A stretch of DNA of 64,000 nucleotides, taken from the NCBI GenBank assembly GCA_946629525.1, contig CAMOXU010000001.1, positions 6,306 to 70,305 on the forward strand. The letters are read 5' to 3'. Positions 47,797 through 56,859 of this stretch are shown here, one piece after another (the stretch's first letter is position 1; each line of letters opens with the position of its first letter). A program made the position numbers and the translations under genes. Under the pieces are notes generated by a model. It ran no database searches. It was not told where the DNA came from and saw only the letters and a list, made by a program, of their open reading frames with translations. This DNA comes from an uncultured Clostridia bacterium. GTDB lineage: Bacteria; Bacillota; Clostridia; Lachnospirales; Lachnospiraceae.

Positions 47797-49161
47797 TCAG
47801 ATGCTGTTCCCGGCAGCACGGCCGCCGCGGCTGCCGTAACCTCCCTGGTTTCCCTGTCCCGGGCCCATTCCGCCCTGATCTCCAAAGCCGCCGGGACCCA
47901 TGCCACCGCCCATCATGGAATTCGTGAGCTCGGTAACGGTCTGTCCGTTGACGGTCACGGTCCCTCCGCTCATCTGTCCGACTCCGTCATAGTCGAAAGC
48001 GAATTGCGCCGTGATGTCCACCGTCCCGCCGTTGATGTAGAGGTCCCCGTTGGAGTCGATCGCGTCCGTGTCCCCCTGTCCCATGCTGATCGTTGTATTT
48101 CCGCCGTTTATCGTAAGCACAATGTCGAGGGAATTCGATTTTTGTCCGGCATTGATGCCGTCATCTGAAGCTGTTATATCAATCGTTCCGTCATTGATCG
48201 TGACCTGCGTCGACTCTAACCCTTCTGCCGCGTCGATCGTGAGTGTTCCTCCGTCGATCGTGAGAGTTGTTGTCGCGCGGATCCCGTTCTTTGCGGCATC
48301 GATCAGGATCGATCCGCCGCAGATATATACGGCTCCCACTGTATCATCTTCATCATATTCGCAGTGCAGTCCGTCCTTCGAGGATTTGATATTGATCGTG
48401 CCGCCGCTGATGGCGATCAGGTCGTTGGCTTCGAACGCGTCGCCCTCACTGGTGACCGTATAAGTACCACCCGTGATCTTCAGATCATCCTTGCAGGTGA
48501 CGCCGTTGTCCGTCGAAGTGATCGTGAGTGTTCCCACACCGTTCAGTACCAGATCATCCTTTGAGAAAATGACCGCATCCGTGTTCGCATCCCCGTCTTC
48601 CGCAAAGGTTCCGGTGACCGTCAGCTGATTTTCGCTGTCAGTCGTCGTCACGAAAACTTTGTCCGCCGACTTTACATATATGGCCGGAGTCTCCTTATTG
48701 GTGATGCTCACACCGTCAAGGACGATCTGGACCTTCGCCGAATCCTCCGCGTCGACAATGATCGTACACTCCTTCGCGGTCCCCGAGATGACATAGACGC
48801 CTTCCTCGCTGATCGTGATGTCCTTACCGTCTGTCACTGTATATTCGGCAGCATCAGTGAGATCCGCTTCCTGCGTAAGATCCCGCTCCGTAAATATCTC
48901 AGATTCGGAAACTTTGTCCGCAGCAGTGTCTGTGGAAGAAGTCACTGTCACGCTGCTCCCCGTTTTCTCCGCTGCGCTGCTCGCTGCAGAAGCCTCTATA
49001 CTGTCTGCCGCCGCCCCGGATGCGGATGTATCCGAAGAAGCCGCTGCTGTTCTTGTCTCCGAGTCAGTTGAAGCAGTTCCGGAAACGCCGCCGCAGCCTC
49101 CGAGAACGATGGATGCTGTAAGGATGATTGCGAGAGTCCGTGCGACATATTTCTTCTTCAT
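47797..49161 (-). CDS. Cthe_2159/DUF4353-like carbohydrate-binding beta-helix lipoprotein
   Basis: Lipobox IVLGGC, Ser/Ala-rich linker, ITI.EEGVYVISG, repeated I.GG.I.I...DG..., DAIDSNG, Gly/Met/Pro tail. Confidence 0.85.
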   Translation of the reverse strand: MKKKYVARTLAIILTASIVLGGCGGVSGTASTDSETRTAAASSDTSASGAAADSIEASAASSAAEKTGSSVTVTSSTDTAADKVSESEIFTERDLTQEADLTDAAEYTVTDGKDITISEEGVYVISGTAKECTIIVDAEDSAKVQIVLDGVSITNKETPAIYVKSADKVFVTTTDSENQLTVTGTFAEDGDANTDAVIFSKDDLVLNGVGTLTITSTDNGVTCKDDLKITGGTYTVTSEGDAFEANDLIAISGGTINIKSSKDGLHCEYDEDDTVGAVYICGGSILIDAAKNGIRATTTLTIDGGTLTIDAAEGLESTQVTINDGTIDITASDDGINAGQKSNSLDIVLTINGGNTTISMGQGDTDAIDSNGDLYINGGTVDITAQFAFDYDGVGQMSGGTVTVNGQTVTELTNSMMGGGMGPGGFGDQGGMGPGQGNQGGYGSRGGRAAGNSI

Positions 49162-49370
49162 ATCATTATCTCCTCATATTCAAAATCTTCTGTACGGGTT
49201 CCGGAACGCCGCTTTTTATTTCTTTGCGGATCCGCTCTCCCGTTTTGGTCGGCTGCATCTTGTATGATGAGATAATACGGTCTGAATTTGAACGAAATGT
49301 GTTCACTTCTGCAGAAATCTGTGAAATGATCCCGATTTCAGAGCCCGGATGGCAGCAGCCCGTGACCGGA

Positions 49371-50546
49371 TCAGTTCTCCGGCTCCCTCGGCTGCACCCC
49401 TGTATACCCGATAATATAGTCATTAATTTCCATGACGGTCTGCGAGGGCACGTACTCCGGATCATTGAACAAGAATTTGTGCAGGGCAGCGACATTTACC
49501 GCAAGGCCCTGAGGCACGACATAATCGTTTCCGTCCACGATGGGAGTATCCTGCGTATACGGAAATCCCGAGCTTCCCTCCATATTGTAATCGATCATGA
49601 CCGGGATAAGGTCCATGACCTCGTCATACTGAAGACTCGTCTTCATGAAAGTCCTCTCGGTCGTATTCATGTTCATGATCTGCATTGCCAGGTCCAGGAG
49701 CTTCGAGATCCCGGAGCTCTTCGCCTTCTCGACCAGTTTGGAAATGACATACCTCTGCCGCGCTGTCCGCCCGTAATCATAGTGATAGTCATTCCCCTGC
49801 TCATCGTAAAAGGCCGCGTCGCGGATCCTGCAGTAGGCGGTCGCCTGCATCCCGTCAAGATGGACATCTCCCGATTCCGCAAGCTCGGTAAATGCACCGA
49901 CGCCCTCATTCTGCATATCACTGCCGATCTTATTGATGCGTCTCATCTCGAGATCCGTGATCTTGATGTCGATCCCGCCCATGAGGTCGATGATCTCCGC
50001 GAGACCGCTGAAATTCACGACCACATAGTCGTCGATATTGAGATCGAGATTTGTATTGAGGGTCGAAAGTGCTGCCTGCACGCCGCCAAGGGTGTAGGCG
50101 GAATTGACCTTCCCGTAGAAGGATGAGCCGTCGCTCCGCATAACGCGAAGAATCGTGTCCCTGTACAGAGATACCATCCGGATCGCTCCCGTATCATTGT
50201 TGATGCTCACGATCATGATCGTATCGGACCGGGTCTCCGAATCGAACTCAGACCCGCGGGCATCCACGCCGAAGAGCACGATATTTTTATAGCCGGTGAG
50301 CTTCTTCGCCGCTTCCTCCGGCACCACGACCTCCTCCTCATTGAACTCGGTGTCGTGCACCTTCTCCTCGTAATTGTCACCCACCCTGTTCTCGATGGCG
50401 TCTCTGACCACCTGTTTTGTCGAGAGTGTCTTGACGACTTCAAGCTTTAACGATGTCGGCGCGAGCTTCCAGAACCCAAAGAGGGAGATCACGAGGACCG
50501 CAAGGACAATGCCCGCTGTTTTCAGTATCTTTTTGTTTTTCTTCAT
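49371..50546 (-). CDS. LCP (LytR-CpsA-Psr) family glycopolymer ligase
   Basis: N-terminal TM, NIVLFGVD, RSDTIMIVSI, SLYRD, KVNSAY, ATAYCRIR, DYGRTARQR. Confidence 0.95.
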   Translation of the reverse strand: MKKNKKILKTAGIVLAVLVISLFGFWKLAPTSLKLEVVKTLSTKQVVRDAIENRVGDNYEEKVHDTEFNEEEVVVPEEAAKKLTGYKNIVLFGVDARGSEFDSETRSDTIMIVSINNDTGAIRMVSLYRDTILRVMRSDGSSFYGKVNSAYTLGGVQAALSTLNTNLDLNIDDYVVVNFSGLAEIIDLMGGIDIKITDLEMRRINKIGSDMQNEGVGAFTELAESGDVHLDGMQATAYCRIRDAAFYDEQGNDYHYDYGRTARQRYVISKLVEKAKSSGISKLLDLAMQIMNMNTTERTFMKTSLQYDEVMDLIPVMIDYNMEGSSGFPYTQDTPIVDGNDYVVPQGLAVNVAALHKFLFNDPEYVPSQTVMEINDYIIGYTGVQPREPEN

Positions 50547-50604
50547 AGAACACCTTTTCCCGGAAACATCAATAAGTTCCGTATATATCACTGTGGAAGA
50601 CTGC

Positions 50605-52713
50605 TTACTCGATATTCGGGCGGATCCCTGAATTTTCAAGCAGCGCGCTTATATAGTCCGGATTCTGATAGAGCAGCATGATCGGAGCTGCGGCATCTCT
50701 CCCCGAGATCGGGAAGGACGCCCACGGATGCGCTTTGTAAAGCTCCACAAATTTCATGATCCCTCGCTGCACCGCAGGGGCGTCGATCTTCTCCGCATAT
50801 TCCGAAAAATGATACTGCCCGCCCTCGGCAAATCCCCGGAACGAGCGCTCCCGTGAACACAGAAGAAGTTCAAGGATCATATTGTGGCCTTCCGCGGGGT
50901 CATGTATCTTCCAGATATCCCTGTTCTCGGAAGCGGAAAAGAGGTACGAGGAAAGCCTTCCGTCCGCCATCTCCGTGATGGAAGCAGCCGAGTCGCCGCT
51001 CGGCCCGCTGGCTGTTCCGGCCAGCAGCCCGTACACGTCGCAGTCGAACTTCCAGACATCGCGGAGCATTTTCCGAAGCGTGATCGCCCCGCTGCCGACC
51101 CATCCAACGTCGACGACGGCGATTCGCATCTTCTCTTCATGCTTCTCCATCCGTTTTCCCGAAGTCTCCGTCCGCTTTCCCGTAATTTCCCCTTCCATAC
51201 TCAGAAGCCTTCCGTAATACCGCTTTCCCTCGGCGATCTGCGCCTCATAGTGCGCGCAGACCTCCTCCCAGTGTTCGTCAAGGAAGGAGCAAAGATCTTC
51301 GGAAGTCCGGGCAGTCAGCTCTGTATCCGATGTATAGCGGCTGCGGAAGGGAAGGATCCCCGATGGAGCGCTGCCTGCCGGCTCATCTTCCGGCTTCGGA
51401 TATTCGGAGAGGAACATCCCGAGCATATCGCCGATCTCCATCGTGTCGAATATCTCGGAAAATGCATACCCCTGATCCGTCTTGTGCGTGACCATCCGCT
51501 GTACAAAATGCGATTTCATGAGGGATGCGCACATCTTCGTCCCGGCAAGACGCGACCAGAGCGCATATCTGCATTTCTCTGCCTCCTCCGGGTACAGAGC
51601 GGTATAGGCTTTCAGAAGGATCTCGCCGTCCCGGGACAGAAAGAGGATCCGGTCGATCCCTCTCTCCCCGGCGAAAGCGTGGATGAACCTGCAGTAGCCG
51701 GCCGCAAAGAGCCCTCCGTAGATAAATCCGAATTCAAACTCCTTTGAGAGCCGGTGCGTCCCGTCGTGCAGATATCCGTTCACGATCGACGCATACATCG
51801 ACCCGATGAGCGGAGACAAATCCCTCGTTCTGTAGGGCTCGCCGGCCTTTGTCACATTCTGATAGTGAAGGCTCGAAAAACCCTTTCTGCGGGCCTGCCG
51901 CACGTCCGACAGCAGATCATCCCCGATCTCGATAAAGCGCCCGGCGGATCCGTTCCGGACTACATCATAGAGGCTTCCGTCATATTTGGACTTTCTGTAG
52001 TCACAGGATACATAATACGCGGAGAACTCCGGATAGCCGCAGTGAAGCAGAAGCTCCCGGATCCGTTCCTCCCCGAGATACATATCCGAGCAGACGACCA
52101 GCCTCTTTCCGCGCTGCAGGAGCTCCCGAACGACCTCCTGAAAATAAGGATTTCCCGAGGCAAACAGGATCTCCGTCTCAAATTCCGCCTGCATGCCCCG
52201 TGAAGCGCTGATGCCGGTCATGCGCTCCGCTTCGGCCCAGATCTCCGAATAATTGACCTCATAGTCCCCGAAAAGTGCATGTCTCTTCAGTCTGGCCTGC
52301 CGCTCCGCCTCGATCCGCACTCGCCTGAAATCAGGATAATCGAGCTTTTCCTGAAGCGCATAAAAGACATCTGCAGGTTCCCTGACTTTTCTGAGGATCA
52401 GTGTATCGAACACGTCAAAGGAAATGACATCGTAGGAATGAAGCCGTTCGGCCATCCTCTTCGGGGACATTTTCCTGGTCAGCTCCGATTCGGAGCCCGG
52501 AACGATCTTCCTTCCCTCATCCGGCTGAAGCAGGGAATCTGCCCGGAGAGCTTTATTCTGCAGGACATAATAATCAAAGTTCAGCGCACCGAGATAGGCG
52601 AGCGACGGAATCTTTGCGTGCTCTCCTCTGTACTCCTGATACCGCTCCCGTATGCCGGGCACCCGGTTCACCAGGCTGTCATGCAGTTGTCTGTGAAAAT
52701 CTCCTCCGGTCAT
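50605..52713 (-). CDS. HAD phosphatase + PRTase-like domain protein; probable ribofuranosyltransferase (PRP-gPRT type)
   Basis: HAD motif I SFDVFDTL, CSDMYL, SK..G.LY, IGD...SD; then FLSRDG and a PRPP-loop-like VVDVGWVGS. Confidence 0.7.
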   Translation of the reverse strand: MTGGDFHRQLHDSLVNRVPGIRERYQEYRGEHAKIPSLAYLGALNFDYYVLQNKALRADSLLQPDEGRKIVPGSESELTRKMSPKRMAERLHSYDVISFDVFDTLILRKVREPADVFYALQEKLDYPDFRRVRIEAERQARLKRHALFGDYEVNYSEIWAEAERMTGISASRGMQAEFETEILFASGNPYFQEVVRELLQRGKRLVVCSDMYLGEERIRELLLHCGYPEFSAYYVSCDYRKSKYDGSLYDVVRNGSAGRFIEIGDDLLSDVRQARRKGFSSLHYQNVTKAGEPYRTRDLSPLIGSMYASIVNGYLHDGTHRLSKEFEFGFIYGGLFAAGYCRFIHAFAGERGIDRILFLSRDGEILLKAYTALYPEEAEKCRYALWSRLAGTKMCASLMKSHFVQRMVTHKTDQGYAFSEIFDTMEIGDMLGMFLSEYPKPEDEPAGSAPSGILPFRSRYTSDTELTARTSEDLCSFLDEHWEEVCAHYEAQIAEGKRYYGRLLSMEGEITGKRTETSGKRMEKHEEKMRIAVVDVGWVGSGAITLRKMLRDVWKFDCDVYGLLAGTASGPSGDSAASITEMADGRLSSYLFSASENRDIWKIHDPAEGHNMILELLLCSRERSFRGFAEGGQYHFSEYAEKIDAPAVQRGIMKFVELYKAHPWASFPISGRDAAAPIMLLYQNPDYISALLENSGIRPNIE

Positions 52714-52940
52714 GATCTCCTCCGGTATATGCAGGCACACAATTCTCTTCGCTGCCTGCCGGCGAGCCGATCCCCGCTGTCCCTGTGCCAGTTCCTGCTA
52801 TCGAACAAAGTCGCAGCCTGCCTGTTAACGTGCACCAGCTTTTTCCATATAACTCCCGCTGCCGCACAAGCATTTCTCCCTGCCTGTGAACGGATACCCG
52901 TTTTGCTGCAACTCCTTGCTATTTTCTAATATTCGGGCGT

Positions 52941-52986
52941 TTGAGAAACGCTGTACTCTATGGAAATTGTGCAAACAGTTCCGCAA
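52941..52986. repeat. Fragment of family C left terminal arm
   Basis: ttgagaaacgctgtactctatggaaattgtgcaaacagttccgcaa resembles 37461-37500 and 37722-37766. Confidence 0.5.
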
Positions 52987-55482
52987 TTACCTGGTACTTA
53001 CTATCTCTTTACGAAGATAACTTACCGCTTTATAAAATGAAAAACTCATGCGGTGCCGGACCGATGCAGCCTTCGAGAGAAAACCTCCGCCTGCAGCGCT
53101 CCGCACACAGGTCCCCTCGAACCATGCGCTCTCGTGGACCGTTCCCTTCCGGATCCCCAGAGATGTGAGCAGCCGGTTCGTAAAATGATTTTCCTTCAGA
53201 TACTCCTCCGGGAATACCGGCGCCGCCTCGCGCTCCGTCTCGTCGAGGAGGTCGTCCGAGAAGGGAAGGCTGCCGAAATACTCCGCAGTCTCCGGATCGG
53301 GATCACACATGAACTTCATAAAGCGAAGCTTCCTCTTCGGAGTCAGCATTTTCTCATAGACTTCCGGTATCTTTCCCGGCTCCGCATCTTCGGCCTGGCT
53401 TCCGCCTCCGGGAACCGATTGCGGGAAAAATTCCGGAGGGATCGTCACTTCGCCGGCCGCTGTCCGATCCAGATATCTCTCGATATACTCAAAGAGTCTG
53501 TCTGCGATCCCATTCCGCCGGAAAGGTGCAGAGACCGGTTCCATATTGCCTCCCGGCAGCCTCCCCTTCCGATATCCGCACACAGTTCCCTGATCTGCCC
53601 GGACGATCGCCTCAAAGAGGCTGTTCGAGAAGAACACTTTATTTATCAGTCCCGACTTCGGCCCGAAGGACCAGCAGTGATATTGTTCCGGATCCGCCCC
53701 CTTCGGGATCTCAAAGAGGCCGTAATAAAAGCCCTCCACGGGCGTATCGATCCCGCATCTTTTCCGGATCTGGTCGATGCTCTTCTGCGTCGTCCCCGTC
53801 CACCCGCTGTCGACGATGCCGACGGACGGCGATCCGTCTCCGGTCTGTTCCAGAAGCCCCTCCTGCGAAAAATACTTGCGAAGCGGCTCCCAGGCCTCCG
53901 CGGACCTTTTCACAAGAAGCTCTGTATAGACCCGGCTTTCCGCAAGGCGTTCCCTGACTCCGGCGAGTGCGGAGTACGGAATCACCTCGTCCGGCTCGAT
54001 ATCCGGAAATTCGGCCTGCATTTTTTCCATATCCTCTGTCCGGAAGCCGGATCTTTTGAGGATTTTTCGAAATGTGACATTGATCCCGCCCCGGGTCACA
54101 TGGGACAGGGCTTCACTGACATTCTCCGAATACATGGGAACCCTCAGTGAATACCGGGAACAGTAAAGATAACGGCATTCTATACCGATTCCATACCTTT
54201 TTACAAGCCTCTTCGCGGTTCTGAAGGGAAGATATCCGTCTCTTGAGAGAAAATAAAGGCGTCTGATCCCTCTCTCCTCCGCCTCCCTGAGCACCCACGC
54301 CGTAAAGGATAGGATCATCGGGGCAAAGAGATCTGCAAGGATCTCTTCGCTGCAGCTTCGGGACAAATTTCCGGAACCCTGTTCTCCGTCATCTCTTCTT
54401 CGCTCCCGGCTCCTCTCTTCATCCGGCTCGCTTCGATCCCGGCTCCTCTCTTCTTCCGGCTCGCTTCGATCCCGGCTATCAACTCCGTCCGTTCTTCTTC
54501 GGTCCCAGCTCCTCCCTCCGGTCCGCATGCGCTGGGCGATTTCCGGGAAAAAGGATGCAATTCCGACGAAGACTGGCTTCAGTACGTACGGAACTGCGGC
54601 AGGAGTAAGAATTTCGAGTCTCGAAAACCCCTGGATCCTGATGAGCATCTCGCAAAGACAGCTTCTGAAAGACCGATGCATCCGCTCCTCACTCTCGCGA
54701 TAGAAAAACAGCGCATCCTGCAGATTATATCCGCGAAGTCCCTCGCTGTGGAGCCGCATAAAAAGCTCATAGTCCTCGCAGCGCGCAGTGAGCGGAGACA
54801 CGTGGTATAACCTCTCCCCGGCTTTCCGGGACTGCATCTCCGATCTGCCCGACCTCACACTATGCTTCGTATATCCTGAGGTCAAAGCTCCGGAATTTCC
54901 CTGCATTCTGAAGCCCGGAAGCATGCTGCTTTCTTTATCAGGAAAGAACACCTCACGTCGGTACATCACAGCCGGATGAATATAGGGGGAAGAATGCAGG
55001 AAGGACCGCGCATCCGGCCTCTCCGGACGGTCCGCTCTTCCCCAGACACGGGTCCCCTCGAACAGATCCGCGACGCAGGAGGCCCACATAATATCCGGGT
55101 TCTCCCGCAGAAACTCCACCTGTCTTTCAAGCCTCTCCGGCCGGGAAATATCATCCGCGTCCATTCTCGCGATGAACTCACCTCTTGCATGAAGAATGCA
55201 GTGATTCAGCGCATGGGCAAGTCCCATGTTCTTCCTGTTCCGCGCGAACCGGATCCTCGGGTCTTCCGCGGCCAGCTTTCGGATACTCTGACAGATATCC
55301 TCCGTGGAGCCGTCGTCACAGATCAAAAGCTCCCAGGACGGGAGCGTCTGATTCCGAATGGAGCGCACCGCAGCATAAAGCGCGGGAAGATCCGGCTCGT
55401 AAGTGCCCATGATGACACTGACAAGAGGAGCTCTCACCGTATTCATTTTTTCTGCAGGCTTCTCCCTCTCTTCCATGAACAT
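52987..55482 (-). CDS. GT2 glycosyltransferase fused to a PRTase-like (gPRT) domain
   Basis: VSVIMGTY, ICDDGS, N.GLAHALN, ARMDADD, HPAVMYR, EDYEL; charged repeat linker; then LYFLSRDGY, YCSRYSL, IVDSGWTGTTQ, GFYYGL. Confidence 0.78.
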   Translation of the reverse strand: MFMEEREKPAEKMNTVRAPLVSVIMGTYEPDLPALYAAVRSIRNQTLPSWELLICDDGSTEDICQSIRKLAAEDPRIRFARNRKNMGLAHALNHCILHARGEFIARMDADDISRPERLERQVEFLRENPDIMWASCVADLFEGTRVWGRADRPERPDARSFLHSSPYIHPAVMYRREVFFPDKESSMLPGFRMQGNSGALTSGYTKHSVRSGRSEMQSRKAGERLYHVSPLTARCEDYELFMRLHSEGLRGYNLQDALFFYRESEERMHRSFRSCLCEMLIRIQGFSRLEILTPAAVPYVLKPVFVGIASFFPEIAQRMRTGGRSWDRRRTDGVDSRDRSEPEEERSRDRSEPDEERSRERRRDDGEQGSGNLSRSCSEEILADLFAPMILSFTAWVLREAEERGIRRLYFLSRDGYLPFRTAKRLVKRYGIGIECRYLYCSRYSLRVPMYSENVSEALSHVTRGGINVTFRKILKRSGFRTEDMEKMQAEFPDIEPDEVIPYSALAGVRERLAESRVYTELLVKRSAEAWEPLRKYFSQEGLLEQTGDGSPSVGIVDSGWTGTTQKSIDQIRKRCGIDTPVEGFYYGLFEIPKGADPEQYHCWSFGPKSGLINKVFFSNSLFEAIVRADQGTVCGYRKGRLPGGNMEPVSAPFRRNGIADRLFEYIERYLDRTAAGEVTIPPEFFPQSVPGGGSQAEDAEPGKIPEVYEKMLTPKRKLRFMKFMCDPDPETAEYFGSLPFSDDLLDETEREAAPVFPEEYLKENHFTNRLLTSLGIRKGTVHESAWFEGTCVRSAAGGGFLSKAASVRHRMSFSFYKAVSYLRKEIVSTR
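54404..54477. repeat. In-frame 33-bp tandem repeat (SRDRSEP[E/D]EER) in the GT2-gPRT linker
   Basis: tcccggctcctctcttc(a/t)tccggctcgcttcga x ~2.2. Confidence 0.9.
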
Positions 55483-55632
55483 GCCTTTCTATTAAGCCGC
55501 TCCCAGCTGTGATCCTGCCTGAAGGAAATGCGTCTCTGCCATTCTCAGATACGAAGATTCCTTATCCTCGCCCCTCGGGAGATGACATCTGAAGAAAATG
55601 CGTCACCATCATTCTCCGGCAAGCAGATTCCT

Positions 55633-56820
55633 TCACCGTATCCCGGAATGCTCCCGCCTGAGGGTAAGCTCCTCATACAACGCAAGCATCCGCCTCCGTG
55701 TCCGCTCCTTCGAGAATCTCTGAGCAGACTTTGTACAGCGGTCTGCCATTTTCTTCCGCTCTCCCGGCGTCATCTCCATGATCTTCCTGATCCCGGACGC
55801 AAAGCCGTCCACGTCCCGAGGCGCGCACACATACCCGTTCCGGCCGTCAAGCATATACTCCCGGGTCCCTCTGTTCTCCGCAGCGACGACCGGAACGCCC
55901 ATGGCCAGCGACTCGAGTCCGGCCATGCCGAGTCCTTCCCGGATCGAGGGAAAGACGGTCACGTCGGCAGCACCGTAAAAGTCACGCATCTTCCTCTGAT
56001 AGCCGAAAAATCGCACATCTTCCGACAGTCCGAGTCCCGCAGCGTACTGCTTCGCCTCATTCATGAAATAACCGTCTCCGCAGATCCCGTAAATGATCCT
56101 CCTGCCGTTCGAAAGAGCACTTCTGCGCAGCCTGAGGATCGCACGCATCGCAGTCACATGATTCTTATTGCGGTTCATCTCTCCGACGGACAGAACGAAG
56201 AAATCCTCCGGTCTGATACCAAGCTTCTCCCGCATTTTCGCCCTCTCGGCCGGGTCGGCGGGACGGAATTTCACGAGATCAAGCCCCACACCCGGGACAA
56301 AGCAGACTTTTCCGCCCTTCCTTGGCCGCATCCTCTTCGCAGCCGCATAATCCTCCTGATTGATCACAACGAGGGCATCCGTAAGCGGGGCAAGTGCATG
56401 CTCGGCCGCCCGGTACAGCACCTGATTGAGAAGCGGCGCACCTTTATAAAAATGAAAACCGTGGGCCGTATAAATGACGATCGGATGACGCTTCGATAAA
56501 CGCGCGGCAAGCCTCCCCAGAACACCGCCGACAGGTGTATGGCAGTGGATGAGATCGATTTCTTCATTTTCAATAAGTACCAGCAGCTGGTAAAGAGCTT
56601 CAAAATTCATTCGCAGCATGTAGGGCGATCGCGCTATGGGAATTTCATGATAAATCACACCCAGGCGGTCCAGTTCCCGCAGATCGTAGTGATGACCGTC
56701 TTCCGAACTGTTCGATGCGTAGTGTACAACGAAGTCCAGAGCCTGAAGAAGCCGGACATTTTCCAGCTCGAATTTCCACAGAAAGTCTGACTGATGTGTA
56801 AGTATGAGTACATTCTTCAA
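55633..56820 (-). CDS. GT4 family glycosyltransferase (EpsD-like)
   Basis: HCHTPVGGVLGR, YTAHGFHF, VINQED, VGEMNRNKN, FPSIREGLGMAGLES (EX7E); TTG start. Confidence 0.93.
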   Translation of the reverse strand: MKNVLILTHQSDFLWKFELENVRLLQALDFVVHYASNSSEDGHHYDLRELDRLGVIYHEIPIARSPYMLRMNFEALYQLLVLIENEEIDLIHCHTPVGGVLGRLAARLSKRHPIVIYTAHGFHFYKGAPLLNQVLYRAAEHALAPLTDALVVINQEDYAAAKRMRPRKGGKVCFVPGVGLDLVKFRPADPAERAKMREKLGIRPEDFFVLSVGEMNRNKNHVTAMRAILRLRRSALSNGRRIIYGICGDGYFMNEAKQYAAGLGLSEDVRFFGYQRKMRDFYGAADVTVFPSIREGLGMAGLESLAMGVPVVAAENRGTREYMLDGRNGYVCAPRDVDGFASGIRKIMEMTPGERKKMADRCTKSAQRFSKERTRRRMLALYEELTLRREHSGIR

Positions 56821-56859
56821 CTGATTCTTCTCCCGCGTCTCTACATCTCACGCATATTA

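Noticed and set aside
46584-49161. Functional link between the CYTH fusion and the DUF4353 lipoprotein (by analogy with VTC-DUF4353 loci)
   Set aside because: The genes are convergent, the CYTH domain is not VTC-like, and no DUF4956 or CotH partner is present.
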